Below, one piece after another: positions 57,001-64,000 of a stretch of 64,000 nt of DNA. The notes beneath the pieces are model-generated. The model worked only from the letters and a program-made list of their open reading frames with translations. It did no database searches and was not told where the DNA came from. The stretch is from Macrostomum lignano (taxonomy: Eukaryota): the NCBI GenBank assembly GCA_002269645.1, contig NIVC01000435.1, forward strand, positions 97,099 through 161,098, read 5' to 3'. How positions within the stretch are numbered: position 1 is the stretch's first letter; the number at the start of each line of letters is the position of its first letter. The position numbers were made by a program, and so were the translations under genes.

Positions 57001-57904
57001 CCTAAGGGTTTCACGGAAGGGTGTGGGATCCTAAGGGTTTCATGGAAGGGCCGAGGGTTTCAGTCAGAGAGAGTTGTGGGATCCTGAAGTTCTCAGGGAA
57101 GGCGTGCTAATAGAAATGAAGCTTGGGTCTAAGCCTAAGAAATTCGCTAATCCACAGTCACCCACTCACCTGGTAACTACGTAACCAGTTAATTGTTCTT
57201 CCAACTTTCTAGCCAATCCGAAGTCTAATATTTTGAAATCGTTGTCCTCAGTGATGGCCAGATTAGGTGGCTTGATATCTCTGTGCAGAATCCCAACCGA
57301 GTGCAGGTATCGGATGGCCAGCAGCATCTGGTAGGCAAAAAATCTGACGTGTTCTTCGCTAAGTTTGTTATACTGTTTGAGTACACTTTTGAGATCGGCG
57401 TCCATCCACGGCGTGACTAGATAGACCTCTCTGAGATCGCCGTGGCCCAGCTGAGGCGAATAGACATCGATTAGGCAGATTATATTAGGATGATCCATAT
57501 AGGCTAGCATGTACATTTCGCGATAAGTTCGCTTAGCATATTCGGGATCGTAGAACGGTTTGCTAAGCTTTTTAATTGCAACTCGACGCTGCAGGACAGT
57601 GTCCATGGCTTTAGCAACGGAGCTGAACGCGCCAGATCCGTGGTAGGTTAAGTCAGTATAACGCTTCGGCACTTCGAATACTGTTTGCATCAACTTGACC
57701 TATTGAATTAAGTTATGAAGGCTAAAGTAAGGTAAAGGTAAACGGCGGGAGTAACTATGCTCGTATTTGGATATAGCCATGCCTTGTTAGCTTTTAAGTG
57801 TAGAAATATGGAACTAAACTTACCCGATAATATTCGCTAGGCGGATACTTTACAGGTCCTGGGGAGACTCCGCCAACCGCCGCTGCTGCTGCTGGCTCTG
57901 CCAT
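54013..57904 (-). CDS. p38: p38-type mitogen-activated protein kinase (386 aa, 4 exons)
   Basis: complement join(57904-57824,57699-57170,56404-56149,54306-54013) = 1161 nt; GSGAFSSV, VAIKKL, HRDIKPPN, DFGLAR, activation loop TGYVVTRWYRSPE, LLNWEHY; N-terminal YYRVKLMQTVFEVPKRY resembles p38. Confidence 0.93.
54460..56100. repeat. 32-bp minisatellite, ~50 copies (GATCAAGATCCCAACCTACAATCCCATCTGAG)
   Basis: Fills p38 intron 3. Confidence 0.96.
56465..57090. repeat. ~30-bp minisatellite (GGGATCCTGAAGGTTTCAGGGAGG...)
   Basis: Fills p38 intron 2. Confidence 0.92.
57737..57800 (+). other. 28S rRNA-like fragment in p38 intron 1
   Basis: GGTAAACGGCGGGAGTAACTATG (57737-57759) is identical to the recalled eukaryotic LSU H68-H69 sequence, with weaker similarity continuing (TAGCCATGCCTTGTTAGCTTTTAAGTG). 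Confidence 0.75.
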
Positions 57905-58880
57905 GCTGCTGGGCGAAACTTGAAATCAGAAACAAAGTTCCCTTTATTTAGTCGCTAACGCCAGTAGTGTACACTTGCAATCTTCTGTGCTGACTGCTAA
58001 CAATGCTATAATAGTGTAGACGACTGGCTTTAAAAAACCATCAATCCGATCTCTTTCTTCTTTCTTTTATAATAGGAGCAGCAGTGCGCGCCGTAAAAAA
58101 GCCTCTGTCGCCAAAGCCAAAGCGGATGGCAGTTTATTGCCCCCCTCCTTTTAGGGTAGACTTTCAGCCCCAGCGCGCTCGCCAGTCAGTCCGCCAGACA
58201 GTCCGCCTGCCCCTCAAATCTCTCAAGACCCTTTAATTTTCCTTTCCCCGGCCTCTCGTACCCCTCGGGGACGGGGGAATGTACATTTCAAACCCTATGT
58301 ACACTAGCGCGACTTTGTACAGCGGGCATCGACCAGCAGTGAACGAAAACTGAAGTGGTCCAATACGAGAGAGGTAGAGAGAAGAGAGAGAGAGAGAGGA
58401 GAGAGAGTATGAGCTGAGAGAAACTCCCCGCCCCCTCATTGTACATTCCAGACCAAATCAATGTAATTTAATATAACATAAGATGCCGATTGCCCTCCTC
58501 ATGACACTTAAGTCTTACACTTGCACGAGTCTAATCTTAATCTAATAAGCGTACATAATAAACGCATCAATTTTTAACAGAATTACCTAAACTTGTTTCT
58601 GTTTTAAATCTATGCATTGCACTGGACACTCATTTTCGCTTGGGTAGGAGGTTAAGGTATTAGATTAAAACACCCAAATTAGTTTATTGCTAGAGTGCAG
58701 TAATTAAGGAATATTATAATATATAGCTTAAAACCAGCGCAAAATCTTCACGTGTATTTATAATGACCAGGTCAAAGTCACTCTGTTATGAATATTTGTT
58801 CTAATACAACAAAAAGCAATATACGAACTTCAAAAAAATTTACACAGAGCTGGAGCGCATACGAGTGTTTCAAACTTTGT

Positions 58881-58886
58881 TTTATT
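58881..58886 (-). terminator. Candidate polyadenylation signal of gene 4
   Basis: AATAAA on the minus strand ~210 nt after the putative stop at 59099. Confidence 0.35.
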
Positions 58887-59098
58887 ACAAGATCGAAAAT
58901 AAGTAGATAATTTACATTACATTACATATAGTTAGACGGAAACATATTCAATAAAACTGCGATTGCAGCAACAGCACTGACCACATGTATTTGATATGTT
59001 AAAAATTGAGGAAGAACAAAGAACAATCGATCAATTACGACTCCAGTTGCTGCATTTTGTTTAAACTGTTAGTCTGAGTTATTAAGAAGGATACAAGT

Positions 59099-62000
59099 TC
59101 AAGTGTCCATGCTTGCAGTATAGATTGTTGGTATGTCCTTGATATAACTGAAAATGAATTTGAAATGAGAAAAGGTTGTTGGTTTCCGTAGACGTGGTTG
59201 GAAAAACTCAAGCAGGTTTTTTATGCTTTCGGATAACTTTGGACAGACAGGTTGGAGTTTCTCGGACAGACATGTTGGAGGTCCTTGGACAGCGGAGGTT
59301 GGATGTTTTCGGACAGAGGTTTGAGGGTTCTCGGACAGACAGGTTGAGAGTTCTCAGACAGAGACAGGTTGGAGGTCCTCGGACAGACGAGTTTGAGTTT
59401 CTCTGAGAGACATGTTGGTGGTTCTCGGATAGACAGGTTGGAGGTTCTTGGACAGAGAGGTTGGATGTTTTCGGAAAAAGAGGTTTGGGAGTTCTTGGAC
59501 AGAGAGGTTGAAGTTTCTCGGACAGAAACAGATTGGAAGTTCTCGGAAGGCAGGTTGAAGATTTCCAGGGACAGACAGGTGCTCTCGGACACAGCAATTC
59601 ATTAGCTCACCGTTTTTGTCTGGCATCCTCTACCTCGTCAAAGTCCAGATCGGCCAGATCGGCGTCCACCTGGTCGAGCAGCTCGTCAGTGATGACGCCG
59701 AGTGCAGCGTCGGTGAATAGTCGCTGGTGCAGGGCCCTGACGGGCTGGCTCTCCAGAGTCAGTCGTCTAGCTCGAGCCACTTGGTTGAGCTGTTTCAACA
59801 GAATGTCCAGTTCTGTAGCTTCGACAAAATGATGCAGAGTTCCGCTGGTGATGAGCAAGGAGTCACCCTGAGCCAGCTTCTCGATCAGCTGTTGAAAGAT
59901 CAGGGTCTCCAGAGGCTTCTCTTTGGCCGTACGCTTGATCTGCGGGAGGGATGGCGGGTCAGGAGTAGATGAGGGGAAACGCTCTCAATCTAACAACATG
60001 GAAGGCTCTCAATCTAACAACATGGAAGGCTCTCAATCTAACAATATGGAAGGCTCTCAATCTAACAACATGGAAGGCTCTCAATCTAACAATATGGAAG
60101 GCTCTCAATCTAACAACATGGAAGGCTCTCAATCTAACAATATGGAAGGCTCTCAATCTAACAACATGGAAGGCTCTCAAGCTAACAACATGGAAGGCAT
60201 CTAACAACATGGAAGGCATCTAACAACATGGAAGGCTCTCAAGCTAACAACATGGAAGGCATCTAACAACATGGAAGGCATCTAACAACATGGAAGGCTC
60301 TCAAGCTAACAACATGGAAGGCTCTCAAGCTAACAACATGGAAGGCTCTCAAGCTAACAACATGGAAGGCTCTCAAGCTAACAACATGGAAGGCTCTCAA
60401 GCTAACAACATGGAAGGCTCTCAATCTAACAATATGGAAGGCTCTCAATCTAATAATATGGAAGGCTCTCAATCTAACACCATAGCTAACACCATAGAAC
60501 ACTCTCCATCTAACACCATATAGAACAGTCTCTAGCATCTCCAAATAGCCAAGTATCAATAAGTATAACAGCAGAACACCCACTCTAATACCAATCTCAG
60601 ACCTCAGGCCTCACCTCTTTCAAGTCCCTTCGCCTCAATCTAGTGTCATATTCGGCCAGCAGATCCGCCGCCACCTCCGCCGCCATCGCGTCGGCTACGG
60701 GTTCAACCAGTTCGTCCAGTAGACTATCCAAGAAGTCCTCTCCGACCGCTTTCCTAGCAATACCCGGCCCGTATTCCATGACGAGCTCGTCAACCAGTTC
60801 GATGAATATGTCGTAGTGATAGCTGACCGCCACTTCCTGGAAAATGATTATTCATTCTGGTTAAATTCACTTTTTCCACTGTCCTGCATCAGTTTTTTTT
60901 AGCGTCACTCTCTCTCCTCTCTCACCCTTCTATCTCCTGATTTCTCTCTCCTCTCTCTCCTCTCTCACCCTTCTATCTCCTGAAATCCAAAATCCGAGTT
61001 TAAGCAGTGATTAAATAAAAAACCGTTGATTTATGCAGAACCGCAACTCACCTGCATAGCCATGTGTTTAATAGACTCGCTGCACAGTTCAACAATGAGC
61101 TCGTTCAGCGTCTCGTCAAGAATATGCGGCGCCATTATATCAACAATGTCAATTTTATTAACGATGCCTTGAGAAATTTCCACAACAGCTTCGGATGCGA
61201 CGTCTCGCATGATGTCGGGCAAGATCTCCCGGAACAGCTGCTGCATTGCGTCCACTGAAGTGGCGTCTCGGGCGACGCGCGGCGACCGCCAAGCAGCGAC
61301 AGAGACGATTGAGACGAAAGAGTCGGGGAGGAGACCCGGCGACGGGCCTGATAGATGTTCAGGAGGGGTGTTCAGGTGGGTGTTCAGGAGGGGTGTTCAG
61401 GTGGGGTGTTCAGGAGGGGTGTTCAGGAGGGGTATTCAGGAGGGTGTTCAGGAGGGGTGTTCAGGAGGGTGTTCAGGAGGGGTGTTCAGGAGGGGTGTTC
61501 AGGAGGGGGTGTTCAGGAGGGTGTTCAGGAGGGGTATTCAGGAGGAGGGTGTTCAGAAGGGGTGTTCAGGAGGGGTATTCAGGAGGAGTGTTCAGGAGGG
61601 GTGTTCAGGAGGGGTGTTCAGGTGGGGTGTTCAGGAGGGGTGTTCAGGTGGGGTGTCCAGGAGGGGTGTTCAGGAGGGTATTCAGGAGGGTGTTCAGGAG
61701 GGGTGTTCAGGAGGGTGTTCAGGAGGGGTGTTCAGGAGGGGTATTCAGGAGGGTGTTCAGGAGGGGTGTTCAGGAGGGTGTTCAGGAGGGTGTTCAGGAG
61801 GGGTGTTCAGGAGGGGTGTTCAGGAGGGGGTGTTCAGGAGGGTGTTCAGGAGGGGTATTCAGGAGGAGGGTGTTCAGAAGGGGTGTTCAGGAGGGGTATT
61901 CAGGAGGAGTGTTCAGGTGGGGTGTTCAGGAGGGGTGTTCAGGAGGGGTGTTCAGGAGGGGTGTTCAGGAGGGGTATTCAGGAGGAGTGTTCAGGTGGGG

Positions 62001-62520
62001 TGTTCAGGAGGGTGTTCAGGAGGGGTATTCAAGCGAGTGTTCAGGGGGGGGCTGTTCAGGAAGGGCGTTCAGGTGGGGCGTTCAGGATGGATGTTCAGGA
62101 GGAGTGAGGGGGGGGGGGTATTCAGGAGGGGTGTTCAGGTAGGATGTTTAAATTTAAACTAGAAAGTAGATGTTTATTCAAACTAGCAGCGCACCTGATC
62201 CCGATGCCTTGCAGCAGCCGCGGCGCGCAAAATTTCGGCCACTTCCGGACTATCCTCATCGTTGAGGTCGTCGTTGAAGCCGTCGTCAACTGGGCCAGCC
62301 GCTGACGCCGCGCCTCGCTGCACCGGTGGCAGCGGTTGAAGGCCTCGGAAACCCACGCGACGACCGCGGAAGCCGCCAACGCCGGAATCGTTCGAGCGGG
62401 CCGAGTCCAAACCGTTTGTGGTGGCGGCGTCCCTGGCTCTCGGCTGGCGGAACTGCGGCGGCTCCTGCGTAGCAACAGAATGTCTGCCTGTCTGTCTGCC
62501 TGTCTGCCTGTCTGTCTATC

Positions 62521-62619
<99 letters not shown>

Positions 62620-63603
62620 TCCCAACCCCCTTTGTCCGAAACTCACCCTCAAACTGCTCACGCTGTCGATCAGCACATCCGGTATCTCGTCCTCATCTAG
62701 GTGCTGATTGATAAATCCGTCAACAAAATCATAGGCGAATTGGCGATTCTCGCAGAAGTAGATGTAACTCTCCAGCGTCTGAAGTGATGCACAATGTCAG
62801 TTTTCTGCATTTTACAGGTAAAAATAGTAACATAACAAATATACTCTAGCGCCTCTAAGCTCACGTCGTCTTCCAAATTATCTGATTTTTCGCGCGATCG
62901 TCCCGGCTTCAGCCTCATCGATGGTCGGGACGCCGACGTCGCCGCCGCTGCCGCTGCCGCCGCGCCCGGCCAACCTGCCAGACGGTCGCACAACTGACGC
63001 GTACTCGCTCAGTGGCACATCATCGTCGTCATTTTCCGGCAGAGACGAAGCCGGAGATTTTGTTGATCGACGCCGATTTCCATTGCCGGTGATGTGTGGA
63101 AAACGACGCCTCAAATAGTTGCGATAGTTGCTGTGATCGATGGTGCGCGGCTCGTGTATGGTGGATAGGCGCTTGGCCTGTTGCTGCTGCTGCAACTGCT
63201 GCTGGCGCTGGCGGGCGTAGCTACCACCCGGGCTGCTGTTGGTTGCGATTGCGTGTTGGCCGGGCCGGGTGTGTGAGTTTGGTATTGTAAAATTAATTCC
63301 TAAAATTTTTTTATGACTCACCGTCCAAAAGCTGGAGTTGTTCTCTTTATCAACAAATTTCGCTTGCCATTTCTTACTGTCTGCTTCAATGAACGAAGGC
63401 TGCAATAAGATATTATTTTATTCGCATTGCATGCTAGAAACCTCGATTCAAAAAATCAAATTAAACATTTGAATTTCATAATTATGACGTTTGAAGCAGG
63501 CGAAAACAAATTTACCTTTCTTTCTTTTTATTCCAGAAGTCTTCAGTGTCACCGTATCACCTGTCAAGACAGAAGAGCCGCTTTCTTCACTAAGAACAGA
63601 CAT
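59099..63603 (-). CDS. Uncharacterised acidic alpha-helical protein, multi-exon, model partly uncertain
   Basis: Well-supported exons: 62778-62647, 62464-62195, 61347-61052, 60836-60615, 59939-59611. Probable exons: 63603-63516, 63380-63322, ~63207-62865, terminal 59147-59099. One apparent frameshift near 62886-62890 and a phase mismatch between 62195 and 61347 are unresolved. No family recognised. Confidence 0.6.
59228..59590. repeat. Degenerate ~24-bp repeat (GGACAGACAGGTTGGAGGTTCTC)
   Basis: Putative last intron of gene 4. Confidence 0.8.
59982..60478. repeat. 24-bp minisatellite (GGAAGGCTCTCAATCTAACAACAT)
   Basis: Intron of gene 4. Confidence 0.94.
61335..62142. repeat. 13-14-bp G-rich minisatellite (GGTGTTCAGGAGGG)
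   Basis: Intron of gene 4. Confidence 0.95.
62481..62618. repeat. (TCTG)n microsatellite
   Basis: Intron of gene 4. Confidence 0.97.
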
Positions 63604-64000
63604 AACGCAATGCTCACGTTACATGCTTCAATGGGTAATGTAAAACATGTTTGAGAAGCAATTCAAAATTGCGCTAAATAACTTTATAAAAAGTCAATCG
63701 TTAAAATGGACGAATGAAGTAATCGTAGATAAAAAGCCGCCGATACAGTTAGTTCAGTAAATAAATTAAGTAATTCCAAAGTTAAAAAACGGTTGATGTC
63801 ATTTAGTTTAAACAAACATCAAACTGTGTTGCTTAGCAACGTGGTAAAAAGACGCGTTTTAGTGTGCTTTCCTGCGATGATTGACTTCTGGAAGCATTTA
63901 TTTATGATTTTTTTCTGTTTTCCATAATTCAAACCAAATAATGCGTCAATTATTTGGGTTGCCACTCCTGAATAAATTACAAGATTTGACTTAAGCATCA

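Noticed and set aside
57700-57823. Canonical intronic box C/D or H/ACA snoRNA
   Set aside because: No RTGATGA, no CTGA after the antisense stretch and no evident hairpin-hinge-hairpin-ACA; kept only as an atypical antisense candidate
12663-62142. CRISPR arrays among the 21-64-bp repeats
   Set aside because: Units are head-to-tail with no unique spacers, there are no cas genes, and the context is eukaryotic introns
23776-62142. Many 60-320-aa ORFs with repetitive peptides (e.g. 23815, 30377, 32047, 35845, 36841, 45652, 59923, 61209)
   Set aside because: They are translations of minisatellites, open in several frames or strands, with no splice or domain support

Overview
Eukaryotic (animal) genomic DNA. 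The composition (CpG-rich, Ala/Gln-rich exons in AT-rich DNA, with a different minisatellite in almost every intron) suggests a Macrostomum-like flatworm; this is inferred, not verified. I spliced four intron-containing genes by hand from GT-AG sites and frame continuity. (1) + strand 11059-23680: a 13-exon, ~1799-aa coiled-coil protein with an N-terminal CM1 motif and a CM2-like C-terminus (centrosomin/CDK5RAP2/myomegalin family). (2) + strand 29631-48007: a 9-exon, 762-aa Delta-type Notch ligand (MNNL, DSL, 7 EGF, TM, C-terminal TEV). (3) - strand 57904-54013: a 4-exon, 386-aa p38-type MAPK with TGY. (4) - strand ~63603-59099: an uncharacterised acidic helical protein with an uncertain model. 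Roughly 30% of the window is tandem repeat (~35 arrays). There are also many TIR/TSD-bounded non-autonomous DNA transposons, two of them nested. Most unusual observation: four dispersed copies of the 28S rRNA helix 68-71 segment (the R2/Pokey/I-PpoI target region). Two sit inside ~290-bp MITEs with different TIRs, one is in a decayed copy, and one is an exact 23-mer lying antisense in p38 intron 1. Also notable: tandem duplications of splice acceptor plus exon start in the centrosomin-like gene, and a Delta intron array made of ~30 CSL-consensus sites. No CRISPR, tRNA or intact rRNA gene is supported.
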